A stretch of 64,000 nucleotides of DNA. Source: a virus. Taxonomy: Duplodnaviria > Caudoviricetes. The notes under the pieces are model-generated. The model made no database searches and was not told the origin of the DNA. It saw only the letters and a program-made list of their open reading frames with translations. A program made the translations under genes and the position numbers. This document shows positions 12,201-25,800 of this stretch, one piece after another (the first letter of the stretch is position 1; each line of letters starts with the position of its first letter). Where the stretch lies: IMG/VR virus record IMGVR_UViG_3300021399_000103, positions 32,001-96,000 of that record; one strand, 5' to 3'.

Positions 12201-15200
12201 TTATTTTGGCGCCGATATTTCGGAAGAGGCAAAAAATCGTGGCAATTATCCTCAGTTAATTGCTTTGAATACAATAAAAGAAAATATAAATGGAGAAGAA
12301 CAAGAAATAGGGATAGATTATAAACTACAAGTGCCTCCATTATATATAAATGGTTTGTCTAAAAATATAGCAATCACCCATGAAGATAATTTATATACTT
12401 GTCCGTTAGTTATACTTCAAAACAAATATCAAATACCTGCAATAAATAATTGGAATGGAGAATTAGTTGTTGATAGTGTAGGAAATAAAATTCTTGCTTC
12501 TATGGTTGGCGCTGGTCACAAAAATGAAAATAATACATTTACTGGTGTGTTAATTGGTGATGTAAGCCATGATAATGAAAAATTAACTGGATTATTTGGA
12601 TATGATGCTGGAGCAAGAGTATTTGAATTAAACACTAACGGTAAAGCATTTATTGGAAAATCTGGTAATGGTAGAATTTATATTGATGGGAATACTGGAA
12701 CTATTAAAAGCGCCGCCAGAGAGAGTAGTGACACAAAGGGCACAGAATTTAATTTAGCACAAAATTATATTGATGTTAGAAGTAGTAGTGATAATAATCT
12801 TAGTCGAATTCACTTGGATGTAACAACAGATAATGATACTGAGGCTTATTTTTCAATAGATAATGATAATGGCAATAGATTGATGCATATTGCTAATGAT
12901 GATTATTATTTACAAACTGATAATTACTCTGAAAAAAATAAAACAGGATTAAAATTAGACCTTAAACGAGGCATTTTAAATAGTTATGATAAAATAACTA
13001 TTAACGGCGGCAATGAATCAGAGATTTATTTTGGAAATACTAATAATTTTATTAAAATTGGGATAGATAAAAATAGTAATAGTTATTTTCAAATGGAAAA
13101 AAGAGTGGTCAGTGCAGATAGTGCTAATAATGCTTTAAATTCAGCTATTGTAAATTTAAGTAATGCTTTTATTGCGGAAGGAGAGTTAACTGAAGACTAT
13201 CGACCAATAACTGATGAAGATGGCAATAATATAGTAGTTCCTCAAGTTACAAATAGTGAAATAACTAATAAAAAGATTTCAAATTTAAAAACTTTTGAAG
13301 ATTATTGTGTTTTAAAAAATAATTTTTTAAGATCCAAACGATCTGATTTAGTAGTTGAAACTGAAAGTTTATCTGATATGGAGGAAATTTTAAATGAAGC
13401 ATGAATAAATTATGATACAAATAGAAAACAAAAACGTGATGAATATTTAAGAAAAATAGCACAATATCAGCAATATAATGATAATATTAGCAATATTCAA
13501 AATCTTAAAACAGAATTAGAAACGGCGCAAAATGATTTTGATTATAATACAGAAAATTCTTCTAAAAGAATATATTTTGATGGATTAACAAGCATATTGG
13601 GTGAGTCTAATGAATACTTAAATGAAGATGGAAAAACATATAATGAATATAATGATGAAAATATTAAAAATGAATATGTTGCTTATGAAGCAGCTGTTAT
13701 AGAAATTAATAAAGAATATAATGAAACAGAAGAAAGATTAAATAATTTATATAAAGCCGTACGAGAATTCGGTGATTTATATGAAATAGCTAATAACAAT
13801 TATCTTCAAGCACAACAAGAATTGGCTAGTTTAAATGAAGATCCTGATGCTTCCCCTGCTCAAATTCAAGAGGCAGAAAGGATTGTGCTTGAAAAAGAAG
13901 CAGCTAGAACAACAGCTTGAACTAATTATGCTAATAAACAAAAAGAATATAATGATGCGTATGAAAATAGTAATATCGAAAACCTTTTACGTATTGCTAA
14001 AGATAATGAAAATACTTTATTTCAAAAAAGAGAAAAATATTTAAACGCAAAAGAAACATTAGAACAAGCGCAAGAAGTTTATGATATGGTTTCAAATAAT
14101 TCTATAGGGGATACAATTAGTGATTTAATAGAATATTTAACGCAATCTGATAATTGAAAAAACCTAGAAGAAAATGATCTTTATTTAAATAATAATGAAG
14201 AATTAGCACATATGATTAAAGATGGAGAAAATGTTAATGATACTAGTAGTATTATAATTAATTATGAAAATGAAAACATTTCATATAAAAATCTTAATGA
14301 TAGAATTGCTAATAAAAAAGAAAATGTTAGAATTCTAACTAATGATTGTTCAATTATTGAAAAAGGGTATAATACATTATTAAATGCAATAAGAGAATAT
14401 AGCAATGCTCAAAATCTTGCCACCGGAACTTCTGGATCTATTGTAATAACAAATCAAGGAACGGAACGTATTAAAGTTGGCGAAAATTTTACTGTTGATG
14501 ATGAAGGTAATATTGAAGCAATTGGTGGCACTATTGGCGGTTGAGTTATTGGTAAAAATTATTTAAAATCAGCAAATGAACAAATATTTCTTTTACCAGG
14601 TACTCAATCTAGATGACGTCAAGTTATAAACGGAGGACTCTATACTAATTGAAAGATTTTGGTTGGATATAATAGGACAATTAATGTAGGATCTGATTAT
14701 TGAGACAAAAATCCAGATAAGAGAGCAGAAGAATATAGATTTGGCATTAATAATGAAGGTGAAATGTTTGCATCTGCTGGAAAAATTGGGGGATGAACTA
14801 TTGCTTCTGGATGATTATCAGCAGGCGATAATAATCAAGTAGTAGGAATGAATGTTACTAAGCGTAGCAATTATGATGCTTCAAAAGGAAGACTAAATTG
14901 GGCTTTTGTAGCAGGAGCACCAACCAACAGTTGAGCTGATTGAGATAAAGCACCTTTTAGAGTATCAAATACTGGAAAATTATATGCTAGTAGTGCAAAT
15001 ATTAGTGGAACTATTACCGCGACGGCTGGAAGTATAGGCGGATGTGAAATAAAAGATGGCGTACTTAAAGTTTCTTCTGCGAATATCACAAGTGTTAATG
15101 CAGATACAATTAATACTGGAACTTTAAGTGCCGATCGAATTGCTGCAAATAGCATTTCTGCATCAAAAATTAAAGTCGGAACATTAGATGTAAAAAATAT

Positions 15201-15417
15201 GTTATTTAATGGAAGTACGATTGGTCTTAATCGATTGGGTGTTTTAAAAAGTTTTTCAACTGATGCAAAAGATTTTCAATTTCCAAGTCAATGAAGCTAT
15301 ATTGATATTAATGGAAAAAAATATTGAGTCGGAAATAATTTAGTAACGCATCCAATAGCTGGGGTAAAATCTTGAGAAATGCAAGGTATTTATGTATTAG
15401 GGACTTATAGTTTATAA
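9250..15417 (+). CDS. Large tail-tip/central spike-like protein, 2055 aa (TGA=Trp)
   Basis: RBS aggagg. Same-frame fragments join across TGA. It has beta-rich segments (GKAFIGKSGNGRIYIDG), a coiled-coil block, and C-terminal G.IGG[W].I repeats typical of phage tail proteins. Ends TAA. Confidence 0.75.
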
Positions 15418-15433
15418 TTAATGGGGTGTAAAA

Positions 15434-15826
15434 ATGAGACTTTCAAATAAGGATATATTAGAAATTTTAAATAATTATGATAAAAATTTTAATGAATCTT
15501 TAACAATTAATCTTCCTATTAAAATTGGATATTATATTCAAAAAAATATAAGAAAATTAAAAAATATAAAAGTAGATATTGATAAAATGTTGGTATATAT
15601 TGGAGAAAAATATGGCACATTAGAAGAAGATGGTTATGTAATTAAACCAGAAAATATGACACATGCACAAAAAGAATTAGATAATTTATACGGAATAACT
15701 CAAGAAATTAATATAGATACAATTTCATTAAATGATTTTCCGAATGATTTATTTATCAATATGAATCAATTAGATACTTTAATGTTTATGATAAAAGAGG
15801 AAAAGGAGACAGAAGAAAATGAATAA
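15434..15826 (+). CDS. Hypothetical phage protein (130 aa)
   Basis: Intact ORF packed between tail genes; it overlaps the next start. Confidence 0.7.
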   Translation: MRLSNKDILEILNNYDKNFNESLTINLPIKIGYYIQKNIRKLKNIKVDIDKMLVYIGEKYGTLEEDGYVIKPENMTHAQKELDNLYGITQEINIDTISLNDFPNDLFINMNQLDTLMFMIKEEKETEENE

Positions 15827-16022
15827 TCAAACAATTCAAACGCTCCAAAATATTTTGGATGCATTAATGACAATTAGTGTAAAAGGTGCTGATACAATTA
15901 CAATGGGTAATGTATTACAGGCAATGCAGCAAGTTATTGATACAGAACAATATCTTGCGCAGCAACCTAAGGACGCACCAGGTCAAGAACAACCTGATTT
16001 TATTCCAGAAGTAAAGGAATAA
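15819..16022 (+). CDS. Hypothetical phage protein (67 aa)
   Basis: RBS aaggag; coupled overlap with the upstream stop. Confidence 0.65.
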   Translation: MNNQTIQTLQNILDALMTISVKGADTITMGNVLQAMQQVIDTEQYLAQQPKDAPGQEQPDFIPEVKE

Positions 16023-16035
16023 GAAAGGAGAAAGT

Positions 16036-19000
16036 ATGGCAAAATTATACCCACCATATATAGAGGGTACATTGCCAGCCTTTTGAGTAGATGATGAAGG
16101 GAATGGCGAGATGGTCATTCCCTTTGCTTTTAATAAAGCGGTATCTAAAGAAGAAATAAAGTCTTTATCTATAAAAATAAAATCAGTTCAGAATGATGTT
16201 TTATTAGGTTCTACTACTTTAGAAGATAACGGCGGTAGTTGATCTACTAATGGAGAAGTAAGATTTGAAGTAAAAGAATTTTATTTACAAAATGGTACTA
16301 GTTTAGGTATTAGTATAAGAAGAGGAATGTTTTATAAAATTCAACTTGCTTTTATTGATAAAGGTGGGACTGTTGGATATTATTCAACTGTTGGTGTTAT
16401 TAAGTGTACAAGCAAACCAACTGTAAGTATTGTAGGCTTTGATAAAAATAAAGTTAATAACAACAGCACTGAATTTATAGGTAGCTTTGTCCAGTCAGAA
16501 GGTGGCGATGTAACTGAAAAAGTGTATTCAAGTAATTTTAGAATTGTAGATTTACAAGGTAATGAAATTTTTGATACAGATGAAGTTTTACATAATGTAG
16601 AAAATAATCCAAATTCTTACTCTTCTGAAGATAGGGTATTATTCAATAGAGATTTAGATTTTGGTCAAATATATAGAATACAATATAACGTAACTACTAC
16701 TAATGGATTGAAAATATCAAGTCCAAGGTATTTGTTAACGCAACAAAAATCTTTAACAATGGAGTTTAAAGGTTTGTTAAAGGCAGCATTAAATTATGAA
16801 GATGGGTTTGTTGATGTCCAAACTATCGGTGCGGTAAGTGCGGACGGTGGCGAAGAGATTATTGATGGCACATTTGTGCTGGCAAGGGAAGATTCTTTAA
16901 ATCCAGGAGTATGAGAAGAATTAACGAGATTCGCTTTTAACCATGAATTTCCTACAAGAAATATATTTAGAGATTTTACAATAGAGCAAGGTAAAACTTA
17001 TACTTATTCTTTACAACAATATAATCCTTATGGGATTTATTCAGATAGGAAAAAATCTAATCAAGTATATGCGGATTTTGATGATATGTTTTTATATGAT
17101 GGTGAAAGACAGCTAAAGTTACGTCTTAATCCACAGGTAAGTAGTTTTAAAACTCAGCTTGCTGAATCACGTTCAGAAACGATTGGAAGTAAATATCCAT
17201 TCTTTTTTAGAAATGCAAGAGTTGGATATAAGACATTCCCAATATCTGGATTAGTATCAATGCGTACGGATGATAATGAATTTTTTGTTAATTATGAAGA
17301 TATAATTCGTGAAGATTTCATTGCCGATAGAGATGCTACGGATACAGTTGAAAGTAAGAAAAAATGATCTAAAGTTTATAACCATACAAATCTATTATCA
17401 GAAAATTTTGCTTCTGAAAGATTGTTTAAATTAGAGGTATTAGATTGATTAAATAATGGTAAGGTTAAATTATTTAGATCACCTGGTGAAGGAAACTATT
17501 TAGTGCGTGTAATGGACACTTCTTTATCGCCAAATGCGCAGATAGGTCGTATGCTGCACACAGTCTCGACAACCGCATATGAATGCGCAGATTGTATTTA
17601 TGAAAAGTTAGTTGAATATGGAATTATTAAGAACGTCTCTTCAGATTCAATTGCTGCTACAATAACCAATTGGAGAGAGCATAGTATTAATAATTTTTCA
17701 TTTAATGAAAATATTAATAACGGTTTAGCTTCTAATAATTTATTAGACGATAGTGAAGATTCAGCTTATACTACTTATTTAAGATTTATTGATTTTATTC
17801 CAGGTACTCGCTTTAAGTTAGTATTTGATCCTAGCGGGAATTTTAACAGTAGTAATTCAACCATTGTAGAAATTGGTTCTACTGGAGATTATTATGCGGA
17901 TGATGTAGAACCTGTTTATGGAATATATTTATTAAATAATTCTGTAACAAACGAACAGGGAAAGCCTTTATCATTGCAGTTTCCATCTAGCGGTGGCAGT
18001 GTCAGTTATCAGTATGAAACTCCAGGTCAAAATGAATTTAATCTGGTAAAAAGTACACAGGCAGATGTTGGTGCGTATGCTCAATTTGTTGGGCCTGTAG
18101 ATAATTTAGTAAAATCTGTTGAATGCGCAAAAGAGCAAGTTACACAAATTTGCATGTCTAATTATATTAAACGACCAGTTGAATATTTATATTATAGAGC
18201 TGGTGGTGGATCTTTTTCAACGGATTTAAAAAATATTTTTACAGATAAAGATAAAGAAAAAGGAACTAGAAATTTAGTAGATGGTTTGCGCTTATATTGA
18301 GATTTAAACTTCAGACCAACAGATGAATTTAATGATGATGAGTCTATGGAATATTCACCTTTTAGCTTATACATAGTTAAAAATATAGATATTGAGGGTC
18401 ATTTGGTTAATTGAGGTAGCGCAGATGATTATGAAGCGCAACATTCCGCTAATCACTATTTTGAAAAATATTACATTGATCGAATTATAAATGCGCAGAT
18501 TCCAGAAGAAGAATTAATTAATTATTGTGCAGTAATTGAAAAACTTGCAGAATTAGACGCGTTAGAAAACCCAGATGAGGAAGCCATTGAGGCAAAGGCG
18601 CAAATTAAGCAATGGTTAAATAATAATAAACTTTATATGATTGATGCATGGACTGGTGATATCTGGCCAGTTTCCGCAGATAATATATACGACCCAACTA
18701 TTACGTATAATGGAGAAAATATTGATTTAAGGGAAATTCAAAAATATAGTTTGGATAATGTTGATCCATTAGACTCTACTATTACTATTGGTAATGGTGT
18801 TTATGGAGAGATGTATTATCAAAGAGTTATTATTGAATATAGTTTTGAAGATAAGGTTTATCATTATGAAGATAAAGATGGGAATATCTATAATGATGAA
18901 GAAAAAAATATATATGAGAAAGAAAATCCTCCTATAAAAATTACTTACAAAAAAACTCCAAACCCAAATGGGTTGCCAGAAACTTGATGAGATGTTCAGG

Positions 19001-19707
19001 ATTGAGCAAGATATTATGCAATAGTTAATATTTTATTAGAGGGTAAAGATCCAGAGGATATTTCTGAAGAAGATTATTGACAATATTATCCAATGAATTA
19101 TTTAAAATTTTATAAAAAAACTGATGATATTGAATTTCTTCCTACATTTGGAGAGGTTCAAGCAGTTTTTGGCACAAAATGATCAGGTAGTTGAGGTAGA
19201 GATACAGATCATATACAAATGGTTATGCAACATTCAGATGGTACTTGATCTTCTCATGGATCATCATGCACTCATTCATTTTTTCAATTTATCCCAAATT
19301 TTAAAGTGTTAGATGACAATGGTGACGTAAAAAAATATTATGATAAAGAACATAATATAGAAGTACCAATGGAGACATGACGAGATGTTAGAGAAGATAC
19401 AAAAGTTTATGTCTATAGACCAACTTTTCCTGGTGAATTTGAATATGATTATGGTATAACTATAGAAGATGGTGGCAACAGTGAAATTGTTATTGATTTA
19501 AGTAAATATGCTGATTGAAATAAAGTTTACAGTAAACCAGCTTATGAAGCAGCGAAAGCTTTATTAGAACCAGAAAAAAATTCTAATAAGGGATGAAATG
19601 AAGAAAATCGTGATAATTTTACGATTGTTAATGATTACAATAAAAAATATGCTCAATTTAATAAAGATATAGATTATTATCTAAAGATATATAAAGAAAA
19701 GAAGTAA
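16036..19707 (+). CDS. Putative baseplate/tail structural protein, 1223 aa (TGA=Trp)
   Basis: RBS agaaaggag; starts MAKLYPPYIEGTLPAF[W]. Four track fragments share the frame. Contains ETIGSKYPFFFRN and KLFRSPGEGNYLVRVM segments. TAA at 19705-19707 abuts the next RBS. Confidence 0.7.
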
Positions 19708-19718
19708 GGAGGTAATTT

Positions 19719-22481
19719 ATGAAAGATCCAATGTTAGATGAAGAGTTTTTACATAAGTTAGATCAATATCCTCATAAGTTTTTATGAGCAAAAATTATCT
19801 CCTTAAATTTTGAAGAGTTCCCAATGGAAGAGATTACTGGTAAGATTACTGGTGGTAGTATCAATATTGATGGGAACTCTGCGGTTCGTCGCACATGCAG
19901 TTTAACCATGGTGGCGAATGATGTGGATATAAATAATTTTTATTGAAGTCTTAATACTAAGTTTAGAGTTGAGATAGGATTAGAAAATTGAATAGATGAC
20001 AGTTATCCAGATATTATTTGATTTAAACAAGGTATGTTTTTGATATCATCTTTTAACTGTTCTGTTGGAACTAATAACTATACTATTAGTATTCAAGGCA
20101 AAGACAAAATGGTATTATTGAACGGTGAAGTTGGTGGAGTTGTACCAGCGTCTTGAGATTTTGGTAAAATTGACGTTACGAATGATGATGGAACAGTAAC
20201 ACAAGATTTTTATCCAATTAAAGATATTATTTTACAAGCTGTTCATGAATATGCGCAAGAACCTTGAAGCAATATAATTGTTAATGACCTTGATGATTAT
20301 GGCATTGAATTGTTAGAATATATGGGTGAATCGCCATTATATTATATTATCGGTGAGCCAGATAGCGGTGATAATAATTCTAGAGAAATTTATCAAATGA
20401 CCATGGATGGCGATATGGATTGCTATGCTCGTTTGGATTATTGAGAAAATGGAGAAAGAAAAATTGGAGAGCAATATTTCCCAACAACAATTTCCCAGCT
20501 TGAAAATATTCCAGACACGGAGCGCACAAACGCAGCCGGCGCACTCTGCTATGAAAAGCTTATAGAGCAGCTTGATCCTAGCGGAAATGCCACGGAAACA
20601 ATAGATTATATGCCAGTAAAAATTACTTTTAGCACGGCACCTGGCGCACCTATTTATACAGTAGCAAAAATAACTAAAAACAATGGTATGCAAGTTTGCG
20701 GTTATAGAATTTGTGATATCGTTTATCCTTATGATTTAATTGCCTCTCCTGGTGAAGCTCTTACTTCAGTATTAGATAAACTTGTAAAAATGCTTGGTAA
20801 TTTTGAATATTTTTATGATGTAGAAGGAAGATTTATTTTTCAGAAGAAAAAAACATTTACTGATGTTTCTTATAATAATATTGTAAATGAGCATTCAATA
20901 AATTCAGAAGTATGAGCAGATAGTAGTCAGTATAACTCTAAATACTCTTATACTTTTGATAAAAACTACCTTGTATCTTCTATTCAAAACTCTCCTAATT
21001 TAAGCAATTTAAAAAATGATTTTTCTTTATGGGGCGAGCGCAAACAAGGAGATATAATAGTGCCCATTCACATGCGCTATGCTATAGATCATAAACCGAT
21101 GTGGTATAAAGTTATTGGTCATCATATTCAAAGAAATAAAAAAGGTCTTGCTTATAATAGTAAAGATAATATTAATGGTGATTATGAACAGACTGATTTA
21201 GAATATATAGATAAAGGAACTGGAAAAATTATAAAAAATCCTATGTATGAGCAAGTATCTGTAGATAAAAATACATATGTACCAGAAAAATATTATTATT
21301 TAGTTGGAGATACTTATGTATTAGATATTAGCCAAGAATTTAATGGAGAAGGAGAAATAATTTGTTATTTACCACTTACTGAAGTGTATGATGATGCTGG
21401 AGCTATTTTTTATACAGAAGAAGGTTTAGAATATATTAATAGTAGACGAAAAGAAGAAGGGTTAGATCTTATTGAGTTTACTAAAAATGATAAAGCTTAT
21501 TTAGTTGATTGACGTGAAATAATATATCAAATGGCTAATGATTATCGTCGTCATTATAGAGAAGAAGACTTTTTAATTAAAGTAAGAGATAACAATATGA
21601 TAACAAATTATGACTCTTTATATCCAAAAGGATATACTGGTTATGAAAAATATTATATTGACTTTGAAATGAATTTAAGCCAAGGAGTTGTTGCTTATTG
21701 GCGAGAAATATATAATTATGAGCAAGCTGGAAAAGAAGGTAGATATTTATCTAATGGAAATTTTGAGTGTGTAGATGATGAAAGTACGCCAGCTTGAGAT
21801 GGAGATACCGTTTATGCAAAAGATGTTTTGGTTCGACATGGCGAAAAAGTTTATCGCTCAACAGAAAATGGTAATAAGACTGAACCAGAGGCGGTAGAAA
21901 ATCATTGATCAGAATTTTTAAGTGAATTTAGATATAATGAAAGTGGGTGAAATCCAGATGTTCTTGATAATCCAGAAGCACTTAATTTCTGATTTGATTT
22001 TTTAGATACTGCTGGTGATTTAAATAAGTACACTGTAAGCAATATTGGTCAAAGGACAAAAGCAACTAATGATACAACAATAAAAGCCATTTATTTTAGA
22101 GAAACTCCTAATGTTATATTTTATTTAACAGAGGATGAAAAAGAAAAAAGTAAAAGAAAATTTCTGTCAGAATGAATAAAACCTGGATATAGTTACATTC
22201 ATATTCCTGCTGGATTAGATAATTTGTTTGCCATTAGTTCAAGAGGCAAGAATGCTATGGATGTAATTGATGAATATCTTTATTCTTATACTTATCCAGC
22301 GAGTGCAGTTAATTTAAATACAATACCTATTTTTTATTTAAGTCCTAATACTTTAATTTATGTAGAAGATAAAGATACTGGTATTATTGGTGAATATATT
22401 GCACAAAAATTTTCTTTTCAACTTGGGACAACAGCTCAAATGACAATTAATGCAGTACAGACTGCGAAGAGATTATATTAA
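19719..22481 (+). CDS. Putative baseplate hub/tail protein (DUF5048-like), 920 aa (TGA=Trp), with a small CBM5/12-like insert
   Basis: RBS aggagg. N-terminal GKITGGSINIDGNSAVRRTCSLT and C-terminal IPIFYLSPNTLIYV motifs resemble phage hub-like proteins. Fragments share one frame. Confidence 0.7.
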
Positions 22482-22496
22482 GGAGGAATTGGGATA

Positions 22497-22835
22497 ATGG
22501 CAAAAAAGATAGCTCAATTTTACTATAAATCAGATAATGCTAATGAGAGAAATCGTCCATCTGGCGCAACAAAAGCAGCTTTTATTGATGGAACTATTTT
22601 TGCAGATGTTTTTCCGATTTCTCAGTTGGGTATCCAAGGATTACCAGGAACAAAATTTTATTTAAATGGTAATATTAATCCTATTGTAATAGGAGCTTCT
22701 GGCATTTATGATTTAGATATTAAAAATGGAGCCAGAGTTACTGATTTAAGTTTTGCTGCAAATTCAATGAATAATATTGATAACAGTAATTCTGGATATT
22801 TAATAGTAGATGTTTTATATGGAGAGGAGGATTAA
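22497..22835 (+). CDS. Hypothetical tail-region protein (112 aa)
   Basis: RBS aggagg; intact ORF containing QLGIQGLPGTKFYLN. Confidence 0.75.
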   Translation: MAKKIAQFYYKSDNANERNRPSGATKAAFIDGTIFADVFPISQLGIQGLPGTKFYLNGNINPIVIGASGIYDLDIKNGARVTDLSFAANSMNNIDNSNSGYLIVDVLYGEED

Positions 22836-22838
22836 AAT

Positions 22839-25800
22839 ATGGGTTTTTATGGAAACATAAGTAGTGTAAATAAATCGACTTTCCAGTTTGATAAAATTTA
22901 TTCTAATAGAGCAGAAATGGAAGATAGCTGTAAAGATGATGGAATTTTTATTGGTCGATATGTTTTAGTTGATTATGATCAAGAATTATCTGCAGCATCT
23001 ATCCTTTCAACACTAAGAAATGATGGTACTCTTGGCGAAGAAGCTTTAGGTTTAGTCGGCTATCAAGTAAAGATTAAATCAACAAATCAAGATACTCAAC
23101 AAGAAGACATTATAGACCCAGGAAAGCATGTTATAATTGCTAGTGGATTAAGCAGAGATCGTGATTATACTCTTGACAATAGTAGAATTAAGAATGCTTT
23201 AGATGAAAGTAAAGACGTATATTGTGTTGTTCTTGGAAATTTAATTGGACAACAAAAAGTTGGAACTGCTGAATATGAATATTCTCTTAAATCAGATATT
23301 ACGCCTTTATTATATAAAGCTAGTATTGGTACTGAAACAGTAAAAAATGATCAAGATCAAGATGTTGAACAGCAATATTTAGAATGAACTTTAACTAAAG
23401 ATTTAGATGATTTAAATATTAAGGCAAATTCATATCTTGCTAACTATAGAGTTGATGAAGCAAGATTCCCTGATTTGGGAAGAGGTTGGGACTCAACAGT
23501 TTGGCAGAAAACATATAAGAATAATGAAGCAGCATATGTAATGATTGCAGAATTAAATTCAGTTGTGCCTACTTTTGATGTTACAGTAGATGCGCCAACT
23601 GAAGTTCCACTAAAACCGCACTATGATACTGATACATCTAATGTATATTATCGTTTACATGTGCAACCTTCTTGAGGTATGCGTGTTCGCGCAAGCGATG
23701 GCTCATTTTCTTTTGATAGTAAAAAATATCCATCAGATGTTAAAGGTAGCTTTATTATAGATCAGAAATTAATAGATAATCATGCTAGACCAAGAGAATC
23801 TGGGTATTATCCAGATAATATTTGAACAGATAGTCATATTTTAGAACAAAAAGTTGTAAATAAAGATTTAGCAATTTATTTTAATAAAGCTGGTTTTGAT
23901 AAAAAATTTCCACATTTAAGCGAAAGCAGTGATGACATCATTAATATGATGCCTACTGGATATAGCACTAATAAATATTATAGTCATAAAATTGAAGATG
24001 AAAATGGTAATACAATAAGAGAAGAGGGATTAGTTGCGCAGCAATATCCAGATACTTATGAATTAAGTATTGTTCTTCCATCTATTGGTAATACGATTTC
24101 TAAGATTTGAGATATCGTATATGGTGAAGGTGCTGTTTATGATGCTCTTGGAAAGTTCTTATGAGATAAAGAAACTAATAAGTTTGCTGCCGAAGAAGAA
24201 TATATTAAAAATCAAGAAAATAATAAATGAATAGTTTCAGAAGAGCCTGTGTTAATGAGAAATACCGCTATTGAATGGAATACAAATACAGGTATTCGAA
24301 TGAATAAAGGTATAAAACTTAATTTTAATGAAGAAACAGGTAAGAATGATAAAGAGATAATTACTTATAATAAAGAAGCATTGAATTCAATGGCTGGTAT
24401 TATTAATACTGTCCACGATTTAATGGGAATGATAATCATTGAGAGAGAGAACACTTCGTTAGAACCTGAAGCAGTTACTACTTGAGATCCAGAAAAAATT
24501 TATTATATTGATGGTAAATACTATTATAAAGCCAGAGCGTATAATTTTGAAAATTATACAGCTGGTGACGGAATACCTGGAAATAAAATTATTGACGTAA
24601 CTGATGGTGGCGATCCAGTTATTACTCATAATGATGAAGATGATAGTGATATTATAACAACACGTTATTTTAGACAATCTGAAGAAATGTATGATAATTA
24701 CTATGCTACTAAGGAAAATGAGGAAGGTAAAGAAGAATCATATCTTGATAGCTCTGCCTATTTTGATTATTATAAAGTTGATGAAGATTATGCGAATATT
24801 CTTGAAGATGCGATTTATGGTACATTAAAATTAAAACATTTACCTAATCTTTCTTTTGAAAATTATAGTAATGCTGAAACTGATGTAGATGGTAAAGATT
24901 TATATTATTATAAAGAAATTAAGGATAACCAGGGAAAAGTAACTGATAAAGTGTATGTTTTAGCAGATGTAAAGAATGCAGAAAAAACACCAGTAAATAA
25001 TGTATCTTATTATAAGATGAAGTTTGAACCGGTTACTGCGAATGAACTTGAATATTATTATGTACCAGATGTCTATTGACTTGGTATAAAAAAGTTTAAA
25101 ACTTCAAGAGAATTAAATAATTGAAATGCTAAAACTACTTTTGAAGATGGCGATTTTGATTTTTTAAGTCCTTGTGCTGAAAAAGATATAGATACTGCAT
25201 TGGGTATAAATGGTATTCATTTAGATGAAGATAATAATATTATTGAAAATAAAGGCGAAAACGTTACCACATTTATTGGTTATAAATTTTTGTTAGGGGT
25301 TCAATTAAATCCAAGTAAATCTACTTATGTTTTACGAGATGAAAACATAAAGAATGAAGAATATACTCAAATAAATCAAGATGATAATTGAATTACAGCA
25401 CAAAGCGGTCCTGATGAAGGTACTGTATATGAAATTTCTATCACTGTAGACGCTGATGGAAAAATTGTTACCAATAATACTGAAGATAGTACAAATAATA
25501 ATCATACTATTACAGAAATTTTACAAAATGTAGAAATTTCAACAGTCGCAGGTGAAAATAACGTTAGTCTTTTACATTATAAATATAAAGCAGCGCAATA
25601 TTACAATACAAAAAACGTAGATGCAGAAGGTAAAGTAAAAACCGATGAAGAAAATATAAAAACATTGCTTGAATGAAAACAGTGAGTAGAAAATCCTAAT
25701 AATAATATTAAAGAACTTGATTTAATTCGCGCAACTAAATTAGTTAGAGTTATTTCAGATCCCGTTTATACAATTCAAAATGCTAAAATTATATCTGGAT

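Noticed and set aside
19170-19225. K[W]SGS[W]GRDTDHIQM resembling the peptidase M15 WGGxW..D..H motif
   Set aside because: The upstream SxH...AxD zinc ligands are not evident, so the match is too weak to call.
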